DNA from: Macrostomum lignano
Lineage: Eukaryota
Direction of reading: 5' to 3'
Length of the DNA stretch: 64,000 nucleotides
NCBI GenBank assembly: GCA_002269645.1
Contig: NIVC01001062.1
Location: forward strand, 62,001 to 126,000
In this document: in pieces, positions 13,038 through 23,173 of the stretch
Numbering within the stretch: position 1 is the first letter of the stretch
Layout: each line of letters starts with the position of its first letter
The notes under the pieces: model-generated
What the model was told of the DNA's origin: nothing
Databases searched by the model: none
Seen by the model: the letters and a program-made list of their open reading frames with translations, nothing else
Translations under genes and position numbers: made by a program

Positions 13038-14060
13038 ATGTCGGTCAGAATAACAAAAAAATTATCGAGCACTCGACGCAAAGCGCTCCTCGCTGTAGTG
13101 TTGATTTCTTCACTAATTTTCCTTTTAACCCTGACTGGAAATCCCTACGTCGCGTTGAGTCGCTACCTGTTTGAAGCCAAGTCGACGCTCGGACAGCACG
13201 GCGGTCCGACAGTGTTCAGTTACGGCAGCGACCAGGTGATATTTGAGCACGGTCGGCACCAGCTCTACGCCGATCGAGTCAACCAACTAAGCGACGCCAG
13301 CGTGTCAATAATCTATCGCAGTGGAGCCTCGCTGCAGGTCACGGCTAACTGTAGCAGAACTGTTCACCTGGGGGAATCGACAAACTCATCCTGGATGCTT
13401 TGCACTGCTGGACCATTCAAACCGCAGCCACCATGTTTCGCGATATCTTTTGACATCAACGAACAGTGGAGTATTGAGGCTAGCGAGTTAGCTATCAGGT
13501 TCGGCTGTCAAGCTCTTGTGTTCGATCCAACAACAGCGCAGACGGAAAAATCTCGCGTCAACAACAGAGTATTCTACCTAAGAGAAGGTTTTAAACAATC
13601 AAAAACGACGGTTTCCAGGCCAAAAGACGCATACCTTGGTCATTTAAAGCGACTCGGAGCGGAAAATCTCGTCGTCGATGTGCTCGAAGTGAACCTTGGC
13701 GTCTCCGGCTGGGAAGCTGTCGACGAAGCCATCGCAGACGAATCGGTGCGGAATGTCAAGCAGTTACTCCTAGCAGTTCCAATCGGCCAGAATGTCTCAG
13801 TTGAGATGATGCGAGGCGAAATGGGAGTGATTTCTAGGCTCGACCAGGTTGGATTTCAATTGTGGCACTACAGACAGAGAACCTTGAGATCCAGCGATGG
13901 CAAACTAAATCTACTTTGCCAATTTCATTTTATCAATAAAAATTTCGCTGCAAACGATGTTCGAGCACGAAATTCAGATGCCGGATTGAACAAAGTTCGA
14001 GACTCGCTACGTCAGTTGACTCGTACGGTTAGAAAGCTCGTAAATAAGCCGAACGCTTAG
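13038..14060 (+). CDS. METTL24-like (Methyltransf_22/FkbM-type) type II membrane protein
   Basis: 340 aa with an N-terminal TM anchor after a basic stretch. Motifs WMLC..PQPPCFAISFDINEQWS, FGCQALVFDPT, VVDVLEVNL and VRNVKQLLL align with the METTL24 family pattern. Confidence 0.8.
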   Translation: MSVRITKKLSSTRRKALLAVVLISSLIFLLTLTGNPYVALSRYLFEAKSTLGQHGGPTVFSYGSDQVIFEHGRHQLYADRVNQLSDASVSIIYRSGASLQVTANCSRTVHLGESTNSSWMLCTAGPFKPQPPCFAISFDINEQWSIEASELAIRFGCQALVFDPTTAQTEKSRVNNRVFYLREGFKQSKTTVSRPKDAYLGHLKRLGAENLVVDVLEVNLGVSGWEAVDEAIADESVRNVKQLLLAVPIGQNVSVEMMRGEMGVISRLDQVGFQLWHYRQRTLRSSDGKLNLLCQFHFINKNFAANDVRARNSDAGLNKVRDSLRQLTRTVRKLVNKPNA

Positions 14061-14609
14061 ACTTTCGTGCGTCTCTTGAAGAGCGAATGTAGGAATTGTG
14101 CGTGGGCAGCGAATGTTTTAACCGTAAACATTTTTTTTGCTTTAATATTTGAGCAAAGGTACGAGAGTAGGTTGCAAAAGGCTTCGTGTTTAAAGACGGT
14201 GTTTTTCAGGATAAGTGCTGTTGTCAAGACTGCAAATATCAGTAGATTTCAGGCGCACTCTGATTGAGATGAGACGTCATGATTAATACGCTCGTAATAA
14301 ACATGATGGCGCTACAGTTCATGAAGTACAGTCTGTTTGCGTGGATTCCAAATAGCAGCCTTTGCAAAAAGTCCTTGAACCCAGATATTATATGTACATG
14401 ATAAATACTGCAGTGAGCCGGTCGATCAGCAAAGAGTTTGACAGTATTATATACGCTCGTACTGGAGAGAGAATTTTGTGTGTAAGGGCCAAAGTTTTCT
14501 GCTTGCTATCCGCTTGGTTTCCTATTGTACTACCGATATGTTCTATAATTGAAACAATTTTTAATAAACACACCTGTTAGAGCGCTCATGTAACAGCTAG
14601 ATTGGCGGT

Positions 14610-15605
14610 TTGGGTAGCTACATAGCGACAATTGCGGAACAGCTTCACCAATCACAAACGCCCGGAAATCTGCTAGTTTTTTGCCTTGAATTGACTACTA
14701 TTGAGGGAGTTTCGAAGGCAGCAAATTTGCTTTCTAGGATTTTGGCTGTCAGGCCCTATAGTTACCGACGGAAAAACCAGACAGTGTTGTTTACTTACGG
14801 GAGGGCCTGCGTCCGTCGAATGCAAAAAGGCCTAGATTTTTAGAGACCTATCATTTTTAGTATATTGGATCTAGGTCACTCAAAACGACTAGCGCTTGCT
14901 TATCGAAGTTCTGGGAGTGAGCATCGGAATCTCCGGGAGGCTGTCGAACTCGCCGAGGCTACCGGGTCGATATGGAAAGTCAAGCAGCCTATAGTGTCGG
15001 TCCCAAACTACGATAACTTTGTCGATTTGATGATAAAGTATGAATCGAATTGGATTCCGACTTGGATTCCGAAAATTTTCAGCTTTGGGAGCTTCCCGCT
15101 ACTCGTATCAGTAATTAGCTCGTATACTTTCTGCGCGGCACTGAAGCGTTAGTGAGTCAGGTACAAGCTATTAATATAGTACAGATTCCTGTCTCAGTTG
15201 AAAGGAAACAATTTTTGAGCATCAGTGCAAGAGAATTGACACAGCAACAGCTGGAACATGCGTACTATCAGAAGCAGCCTCAGTTTCACTGTCCCTACAG
15301 CAGAAGAACTGACGGCTCAGACGGATGGCGGATGGGACTTGTGCTTCAGCGAATCTTTCAGCATCGGGCACCGTCCGAGCAGTGCGTTGCTTTCTCTGTT
15401 GGTATCGGGTTTATTTTTAATTACGATGATCAACTGGAGTTCCGCTGTCTAGTGTACATGTTCGATCGTAGCATGGAAATTGCTGACCATCAACGGCTTA
15501 CACCGTCTCGGTTTTTCAACGTTGGCCTTTTGTCGGCGAACACGATTGCCGAAAATGGCTGGAAGATGCGATCGCTCTGCTCGCTAATGGAGGATTTCGG
15601 CAAAG
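14610..15605 (+). pseudogene. Disrupted second METTL24-like paralogue
   Basis: One frame from 14610 to 15152 with a single TAG (14841-14843), then a frameshift at ~15152. Motifs HCPYSRRTDGSDGW, CVAFSVGIG, CLVYMFDRSM, FFNVGL and GWKMRSL follow. Homology stops abruptly after MEDFGKG (~15605). Confidence 0.75.
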
Positions 15606-16207
15606 GGATCGAGGCGCCGAGACCGAGGGAGGAGCCGGAGCCCAGGCCCGCCGCTGTGACCGGGCCTGACGTCGAGCACGAGATCCTAGAGACCGAAAAA
15701 CGGATCCACCTTCTCAAGCTGCAGCGGAAAGAGCGGCAAGTCCGGAAGGAACTCGGAATGGACAACCAAGCCGCCCAAGGTTCCACTCCAGCACTTCAGC
15801 CGGATCCACTCAATTTTTGGAGGGCGGGGATAGCAACCACACAGCATCAGCACCGACTACAGAGTCTGGCCCTTTGCTGGAGGCGAACTTTCTACAGCCT
15901 CACCTACCTAACGAAAGTACAATTGCGAAGGACAAAGGTTATGTCGTCATGGCTGTTGGCGCACCGATTCATGCGCCAGCTTCCGCCATCACTGTCTGTC
16001 CTTGGCTGCTCTTCTTAGCCTCTCCATTGTCCATCCGGTCTATTACTCGAATTTCAAATCATTTTCCCACTGCCACTTCGGTCTTCCTCTTCTTCTTTCA
16101 CCTTCTTTTTCTCCTTAAGTACAGATAGTTGCTATGGCTTCTTTTCCTCGTCCTCGTCTCGTTTGAGCTTTCTCCGCTTCATGATCGCCTCTATAGATTC
16201 TGGATCC

Positions 16208-16390
16208 AGGTAAGGTACACCGTTTGAGGAAAGTCAGGAAAATGAAAGCAAAGGCGAACATTCGCATTTTATCTTTGATAATACGAAATTACGAAATTAC
16301 AATTTATTAATCAAACTTCGCGCGAAATTTCGTAATTTCGTATTATCAAAGATAAAATGCGAATGTTCGCCTTTGCTTTCATTTTCCTGA
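16208..16390. mobile_element. Hairpin insertion with a 12-13-bp target duplication inside the RTE
   Basis: Perfect 65-bp inverted arms at 16234-16298 and 16326-16390, plus a 26-bp unpaired leader. Direct repeat (A)GATTCTGGATCC on both sides. Removing the insert restores RTE peptide LGKDPESIEAIMKRRKLK. Confidence 0.88.
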
Positions 16391-17537
16391 GATTCTGGAT
16401 CCTTGCCTAAATTCTCCAAACCCAGGCACTTGTCTTTTTCTCTTTCCATTAAACCCTTAGCATTCTTCCGTAACATTTCATTTCAAACGTTTTGAATTTC
16501 TCCATACTTTTCTTCCCCAGAGTCCAGCTCTTGCACCCAGAGAGCAGCGTCGCCCACGTTACTGCCTTTGTGATCTTGAGGAGATTCTTCAAACCGACTC
16601 CTTGAGCCGCCAAAGCTCATCAAGCCTTATCATTGAGCTGGTTGCGACGCCAATTCGGATTCTGATCTCTTCCTCCGAGGTCCTATATTCTCCATGACGG
16701 CTGCCCCCAGATATTTAAACTTCTTCACCTGTTCCAGTTCTTCTCCATCAATCACAATCCCTAGCCTGACTTTGTCCTCACCCATTCCCTGTCACCATTG
16801 TCTTGTTCTTTTCTTTGCTGACTTCCATGCCAAATTTTCTTGAGATTCTGTCCAGCTTGGTTGTCATTTCTTGCAATTGTTATTCATCTTTTCCAATCAA
16901 ATCGTGATGTCGTCTGCAAACAGCAAGTTGTTGAGTTGTTGATGTTTATGTCTCCACAGCTGATTCCGAGCTCATGCAGTTCCTCAATGAATTTCAGTCA
17001 TTATCCGTTTCAGGAAAAGATTGAAGAGAGTAGGTGATGGGATACATAATCCTTGTCCATAACCTTTGGTCTTATAGTAGCTTCTTCATACAGTCGCTTA
17101 ATTATACTCTCTTGTGATGTCTTCTCCAATGTTGCATTTTTCATTGAGCGTGTACAAAGTCGTTTATGAAGTCCATGAAATTGTAACAGATAATCTTTTT
17201 GCTGATTTCTAGCCTTATCACACAAGTCGCAAGATAGTAATTTGCTCTGTAGTGCTCCGGTCCTTTCTGAAACCTGCCTGCATCTCGCTGTGCACCTGCT
17301 TTACTCTCGGTGTTATTCTTCTTAAGATCTTTGTTAATAGGACTTTTGACGCATGCTTGATGAGGCCGATTGTCCTAGTCACTACATTTCTTGCTGTTGG
17401 CTTCTTTGGCACAGGTATGAGGATGGATTCGGTCCACTGTGATGGCCATTCTCCATATTTGAGAATTTTGTTGCAGAGCCTGTGCATAAAGTCACTATGT
17501 CGTCAGCTTCACTTTGAATCAATTCTGCGGTTGTCAA

Positions 17538-17574
17538 CATGGACAACTAGACTACTCTACTCTAGTTGTCCATG
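17538..17574. repeat. 37-bp perfect micro-hairpin interrupting the RTE
   Basis: Arms CATGGACAACTAGA and TCTAGTTGTCCATG with a 9-nt loop. It splits the RT-adjacent motif GADNI|xAELIQ. Confidence 0.75.
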
Positions 17575-18226
17575 CGTTGATGTTGTCCGCTCCTGCACTC
17601 TTGTTTTTCTTCAGAATTTTTATTGAAGCCTCTAACTATGATCTCAGAAACTCACACTCAGGGTTTTCTACCTCTCCATCTCACTCAATGTCTCCCCACC
17701 ACGCTTCTGTCCATGTTCGTTTTGTGGTTATACAGTTCGTTGCAGTATTCTTCCATCTTTGCACCATCTCTTGGCTTCTTCACAAGGGAGGTCTTCCCTT
17801 CCCTACAGTATTCTAAAGTATTTATTTGTTTTTGCGGCATTCCGTCAGGTTCTCGATTATTTTAGGCCTTCTCTCGTGTTGTAACTTCTTCGCTTTTCTC
17901 AGTTGCCTTTGCACTTTCTTGTTTTATTTTCTTTACTCGTGCATCTGCTTCTCTCCCTCATGTTTTTTGCTTCGTAGCTCGATCACGTCGCCCGTTGCAG
18001 CTTATCAAGGACCTCTTTGGTGATCCTTGGCTTTCTGATTTTTCGGCGCTTCCCCAAAAAAATAGAAGTTTATTTGTTGCTTCCGTTATCCCAATTGTGA
18101 GTTCGTCACAGACTTTGTGGCTGCTGCTGGTCTTCTGCGAGTAGTAGCAGAGGCGCAAATCTCGATGCATCGCGGCAATGACCTACAAAACATCGGTTTC
18201 TTTTGAGTGATGCTTTAATCTATAAC

Positions 18227-18436
18227 TTAGCACACTACAAAAACAACTGAACTCTGACCTGTTACAGCCTTGATTTCATCCATAGAGTGTCCGCTGTCAG
18301 CCAAGTTCGTCACGGTCGTAGCTCTTACGCAATGATTAGTATAGACACGACTGAGTCCAGCACGTTCAGATACCTTTTTCATCATATCGTTAAGCGTGTT
18401 CAAGCTGTTCAAGTCCGGAAATATCTCCAGTCGCAA
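18227..18436 (-). mobile_element. Crypton/DUF3504-type tyrosine recombinase C-terminal fragment
   Basis: LNDMMKKVSERAGLSRVYTNHCVRATTVTNLADSGHSMDEIKAVTGQ contains the HxxR box. The TGH His reads Gln and the catalytic Tyr segment is absent. Confidence 0.8.
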
Positions 18437-18798
18437 TTCTTGACAAATTGATCATTTTTCTGTAGCTCAGCAGGTTGACAAAAAAGGAAGTTAAATTCAG
18501 AATGAAAATAATTCTGATATCCACTACTTAACTGTAGTCAGACTCTGGTTGATTTTATCTATGGTTAAAATATGGAGGCGAAGCCCCCCATCCCAGTTTT
18601 TGCACTCAGCCACAACAACAACAACGCAACAAAATACGCTGTCAGGATGGCAAAAGTCTTGGGCGCGAACAAAGGCCGCGCCACCGGCAGTGTCTGGGGC
18701 GCCGGCGTCAGCCAGCAGACAGTCGACGTAACGCCGAGTTCGCGCTTGACCTCGCCGGTAGGGTGCCTGCAGCGTGAGCAGCAGCACCTCCTGCACCG

Positions 18799-18934
18799 GC
18801 TGTGGGCAGTACGACTCGGCGCGGATGAGATGGCCTGTTTAATTTATTAGCACCACGGTGCAGATAAATGCCGCTACCTCCTCGTGGTCAGAGCGGAGAG
18901 CCGCGCTTAACTGCTGCGGCGGCCAAATGCGGCA
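18799..18934 (+). ncRNA. HDV-like self-cleaving ribozyme fold in a LINE 5' region
   Basis: P2 TGCCGC(18869-74)/GCGGCA(18929-34); P3 ACC/GGT; L3 TCCTCGT; P1-3' CAGAGC followed by GG; P4 GCCGC..GCGGC; J4/2 GGCCAAA. Best P1-5' is GCTGTG (18799-804, 1 mismatch). Confidence 0.7.
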
Positions 18935-19990
18935 GGACCAAGCGAGGGCAGCGGAGCGCCCGTCGGCGTGTTGAGCGTCGGCGTGAGCGGAACCGACGAG
19001 GCCGGCTGCGTGGCGCCGCCCGTCGAGCTGCCGCGCGGGTCCACTCGGATCCTCCGGGTGGCGCCGGGGACCGTGAGGCTCAACTGCATCGAGCCCCAGC
19101 CGTACAACAGGGCATGCTTCGGGTCGGGACGCTGAACTGCCGCACTCTCAAGGCTGCTTGGCGTAGAGGGGTGCTGGCGAAGCTAGCGTACGACCTGAGC
19201 TGCGACATCATTTCGCTACAGGTGTCTATCAAGGCCGACCCGGGACTTCATTGTGAGGACTTGGGCGCCGGGTGGACCCTCTACCATACTTCTGCGGACC
19301 AGCGAGGCCGTGGAGGAGTTGGAGCGCTGATCGGGCCGAGGCTGAAGCAGAGCTGTCGCTGCGTCTCCCTGTCCCCTCGGTTGCTTCGGATCGACGTCTG
19401 GCTTCGCGGTCGGAATGCTCGCCTGTTCTGCGCGTACGCGCCCCCTGCCACACGCCCTGACGAGGCTCAAGAGTTTTTCAAGCAGCTCTCAGCGCAGGTA
19501 GAGGCGACGGCGCAACGTGACACAGCGGTCGTCCTCGGAGACCTGAACGCAGTCCTGCGTAGGTCCGAGAGGTCGCTGTTCGTGACGCCACGAACAACAA
19601 CACCGAGGCATTGGAGGACTTCCTGGAGAGGCAGGACATGGTGTCGGTTAACAACCGCTTCCGCAAGCCACTGAGCGGTCTCGCAACCTTCGTGTGCTGC
19701 AAGCGGAGGCGACGGAACGCGCGTGGCAGGAACGCAACCCGGAGACAAGCACAGCTCGATCACGTGCTCGTGCGTTTCCGTGAGCGTCGTCGCGCCGTCA
19801 ACTGCCGCACCATCACGCCGCTGGCTCTGCGGTCCGATCACCGGCTCCTCATCTGCGACCTCAACCTTCGCGATTCGCTCTACCGTCCGCCGAAGCGGCC
19901 ACAGCGGCGCTACTACCGCGCGCTAGAGCCACCGATACGCAGCGTCGCTTTGCTAGCGCCTTTAAGTCAGCCACGCTGCGGGCAGAAACA
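18868..19990 (+). mobile_element. 5' part of a non-LTR retrotransposon: APE endonuclease, 3'-truncated before RT
   Basis: GTLNCRTL, DIISLQ, GVG, AYAP and VLGDLNA, then a frameshift at ~19600, then LDHVLV and SDHR. No RT downstream. Confidence 0.92.
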
Positions 19991-20773
19991 ACGATTCGGC
20001 CCGGGATTATAGTCTATGGTAAAGATGGTGTATCGAAAACTGCATACTTTGCTTAGCCCTGCATCTAGGAGCGGGCTGAAATGAAGTGATGCGGCCCGCG
20101 AAGTATGACACAATAGAAATATGTCTATGCTTTCTTGGGCCCTAGGAAGCCTAGACATATCTATATATTATAGAGCATGGTGTGAGCCTTATATTGCCCG
20201 CTATTCAAAGCAGTTAGTCAAGTTGTGGGCTTTATTTTTCAGCCATTTGTCTATGGGACATACTCGTACTGCTCTATATGAGATAAAGTACGCTATTTTC
20301 CGGGCACTATTTACTTAGCGCACTGGGGGGGTTTCTCGAAAACAACTTAGGAAAGACCATAGACGTAAGTTGCCTAAACCAGACTTGCGGTTTGCTGGAG
20401 ACGAGCGCAAAATCCCGTCTCTTAGGATCCATCTTATATTTACGAGGCCGTATGTTTGCGCAGAAAGTCGTTTCTCGATCGCTTCTTAAGTCTATGGCCC
20501 ATCCTACGATTGATCCTAAGTCTAAGAGTGGTCGGTACATGGATGAATAATATAACTGGATCGCCAGAAGCTCGATTTTTTTGGTCCTAGCCATAGACAA
20601 GCACCAGCATCACAAGAAGCTCAGAATGCCGTACTTTCACACATACAAATAGCCGCTGCAGAAGCTGCAAACCTTTATTTATAAGTATTCTATTTTATGT
20701 CCAAGCACATACTCGCAATATATGCAGGGCTGCAAAAGATGGCTTCGCGAGATGAATAAGGACGTCAGAATTT

Positions 20774-21445
20774 GTGCTGCAATGGGATGTCTATCCAAAA
20801 GTGGACAAGGCACGAAACCTGTCACTTTTTTTCTTATCCGTCGGGCACTGGTCCCTCTCGACACAGATTTCACCTCCATCTGGACTCTCCACCTCTGCTT
20901 CTGCCAGTGTACAGAATGAAATCGAAGATCCACCGCAATTAGCACTCAGCCTAATTAGCCAGAATGTCGGCTGCTACATCGCTGGATTCATTGGCAGATG
21001 GCTTACAAACAGACTGTCTTGCGAAAACTGCAAGGCATCTCTTCATTGCGAGATGCACACCAACCTGCTTACTACTCTCAAAGATCGCGGTCGTCTTTTT
21101 CGACCATCAGCATCACTTTGCCGACTGGCGAACATTTGCGAGTCGGCTGTGAAAGGAGTCAGAACTGACGAACTGTCTCTAGACATACTCGATCGTCTAC
21201 TTCCAATCTGCATCCAACAGGGTATCGAGTTGTCACTCTTCGCTCACGTTTGCAGCAATGGAGCACCCAAAGAAAACCATCAATATTTTCTAGTGCAGGC
21301 GATTTCTAAGAAATATCTTTGCATTAGGTTGCGGCATGTACTTCGGAGGCTTAACGCTGTGAACACAACAACTGTGCGTAACTGTGGTACCGCTCGTAAG
21401 CTGTCTTTTCTTTACAAGTGTAGTGAGCCGCTAGTTTATGGTTAG
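20774..21445 (+). mobile_element. P-element/THAP9-like transposase C-terminal fragment
   Basis: NVGCYIAGFIGRWL..LSCENCKASL, KDRGRLFRPS and LVQAISKKYLCIRLRH match the P-transposase C-terminal pattern. No THAP or catalytic core upstream. Confidence 0.8.
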
Positions 21446-22204
21446 GCGTCGCACTTGTCAGCTGTTCCCTCGCCTCCGCCCTGGGTTGCTGTCTGCCGCT
21501 GGTCAGCTTCCCGCCCCTCCCTTTCGTTTGTCTGCTGCTGCCCGTGGCCTGTTCTGGCCTTCTGCGTCTCCGTTCTCAGCCCACAGCCTCTCGGCTGTGG
21601 GCTGTCTCTGTTTCGCTCCCGTCCCGTTTTCCCTGTCTTGTGAGCAAGTCACATGACAGTTCTTGCGTTCTTTGTGTCTTAAAGTGCAGTAAACATGTTT
21701 ACTGCACTCGTTGGCCCTGTTTACCGGGTGAGTCACGTGCTTTCGGACCCCTCCCTTCTCTAAGGAGAGGAGTGACTCATGTTGCTAAAAATAGCAACTG
21801 AGTCACAGCCGCGTGTACTCTGGCCGGGGACCTCAAGTGACGTCAGTTCTAAAAATAGAACAAGTCACGAGGTCTTCCGCACGCTTGTACCCTGCCCAAG
21901 ACTCTCGAGTGACGTCAGTTCTAAAAATAGAACAAGTCACGAGGTCTTCTGCGTGGGTGTTTCCCGGCTATAAATAGGAGCTCTCTCCCCCTTGTTTCCG
22001 TCAAGGAGTCTTCTTTCTGTTCAACCTCGAGTTCTACGTCTGCGTGTGACCAAATCCCCGAGTGTCCGAGCCTTTGCGAGTATTGACTCTATTCCTACTG
22101 CTCCGACTGAAACCCGACCAAGTCAACCCAAGTCTACGAGAGGCTAACTCAGCCCTCCCTCTACCATCCTAGCCCGGCAGGTACTGCTGACGAGACGCCT
22201 TATA
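21440..22204 (+). mobile_element. Solo-LTR-like element
   Basis: Terminal inverted motif (T)GTTAGGCGTC ... GACGCCTTATA, a U3-like motif array, a 42-bp direct repeat (21836-21877, 21908-21949) and TATA at 21969. A related copy lies at 25225-25579. TSD not clean. Confidence 0.6.
21683..21977 (+). promoter_or_regulatory. Dense enhancer/promoter motif array within the LTR
   Basis: 26-bp perfect palindrome with GTAAACA/TGTTTAC (21683-21708); AP-1 at 21729, 21773 and 21799; E-box CACGTG at 21734; MEF2 CTAAAAATAG at 21785, 21849 and 21921; CRE TGACGTCA at 21838 and 21910; CTATAAATAG (TATA/MEF2) at 21968. Confidence 0.6.
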
Positions 22205-22481
22205 CGTTGAGCTGCAAATCTGCACGTCGTGCTGTGTTCGTTGACTTCATTATTTCGTTCCGACGGGAAGCTCACCTCACCGAAGGCCGAGACCTGAAGG
22301 AACTGGTGGCAGCACTACCTACGCTACTAAAGTTAAGAAGGCTTCTAAGTGAGAGGACGAAGCCTAAGTCACTGCGCTGTACAGCAGGACAACCACAGGT
22401 ACAACACAAGCAAGGCTTGATATTCTTTTTCTGCTGATTTTTGCATGCGCTTTCTGCTTTCTGTTTTCAAAGTTTAACCAA

Positions 22482-22764
22482 ATGGCGTCTGCTTCCGTTA
22501 AACGAGCTGCAAATTTCTAAACTGCTGAAAAGGAGGAACTGTTAGATGGCGTCAACAAGTATTTGAGCGTCATCAATTCGAAAGATCAGAAAGCTGAAAT
22601 GCAGAAACAAAAAATCATGCTGGGACACCACTGCGGAGCGCGTGAAGGCCGTCGGAGGGAACAGGCGGACCGGGAACGAATTTAAAAAGAAATGGTGCGA
22701 CCTCAAGTCTGATGACAAGATGAAACTCGTCGCGCAGAAGAAGGACGTCTCAGAAGCAATCTAA
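22482..22764 (+). pseudogene. Harbinger-associated Myb/SANT-like DNA-binding ORF remnant
   Basis: MASASVKRAANF*TAEKEELLDGVNK, then a frameshift, then WDTTAERVKAVGGNRRTGNEFKKKWCDLKS. This is the trihelix Trp pattern. Confidence 0.8.
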
Positions 22765-22984
22765 CGACTTCCATCCTTGCACTCTTGCAAAACACGTCAG
22801 TTTTGATAGTGTTTAGTGTGTCATGTATGTGAAATGTCTATCACCCTAAAAAATCTGGGTCTCTTTGACATGGAAGACATGTCACGATTTCAGCCATAGA
22901 CAGCTCTTTTCGCTTCTGCTCAACTTACGCAGAGCCTAAGTTGCGCAAAAGAAAAGATGGCTTCGGGAAACGTTCTTACGAACT

Positions 22985-23173
22985 AAGGAGTTCTATAATT
23001 AGCAACCTAGAGTGGAAACGAGTTTTTCAGTTTTACCTCATGAGGCCAGACTAGCATAGACAGAGTCAGACAGAGACATAGACATTCAGTGCTGGCTCCT
23101 TATCTTTACAATAGGCGTGGCCTCATGAGGTAAAACTCGCTTCCACTCCAGATTGCTACTTATAGAACTCCTT
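22985..23173. mobile_element. MITE-like inverted repeat
   Basis: Imperfect ~56-64-bp arms, AAGGAGTTCTATAA...TTTTACCTCATGAGGCCA and its reverse complement. TSD unclear. Confidence 0.65.

Larger units (their letters stand above)
15938..17990 (-). mobile_element. Degenerate RTE-clade LINE (RT domain and C-terminus)
   Basis: Fragments read KMEEYCNELY, KNKSAGADNI, QAGFRKDRSTTEQI, NLLFADD, FEMKCYGRML, IMKRRKLK and RRRGRP. Many stops and frameshifts. Confidence 0.9.

Noticed and set aside
15605-15938. Coiled-coil-like ORF continuation after the METTL24-like domain, as a possible fusion protein
   Set aside because: It begins abruptly mid-domain, shifts frame at ~15815 and is cut by the RTE 3' end. 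It is most simply a foreign (possibly gag-like) fragment that I cannot classify.
22305-22314. TGGTGGCAGC as a tRNA-Leu-type primer binding site
   Set aside because: Only 10 nt match, it lies ~100 bp beyond the inferred LTR end, it is not preceded by CA, and no gag or pol follows.
21451-22316. Solo LTR defined as TGTCA...TGGCA with a 5-bp TSD GCACT
   Set aside because: The related copy at 25579 shares sequence upstream of this point (GTTAGGCGTCGCA), so the element starts earlier and the apparent TSD is coincidental.
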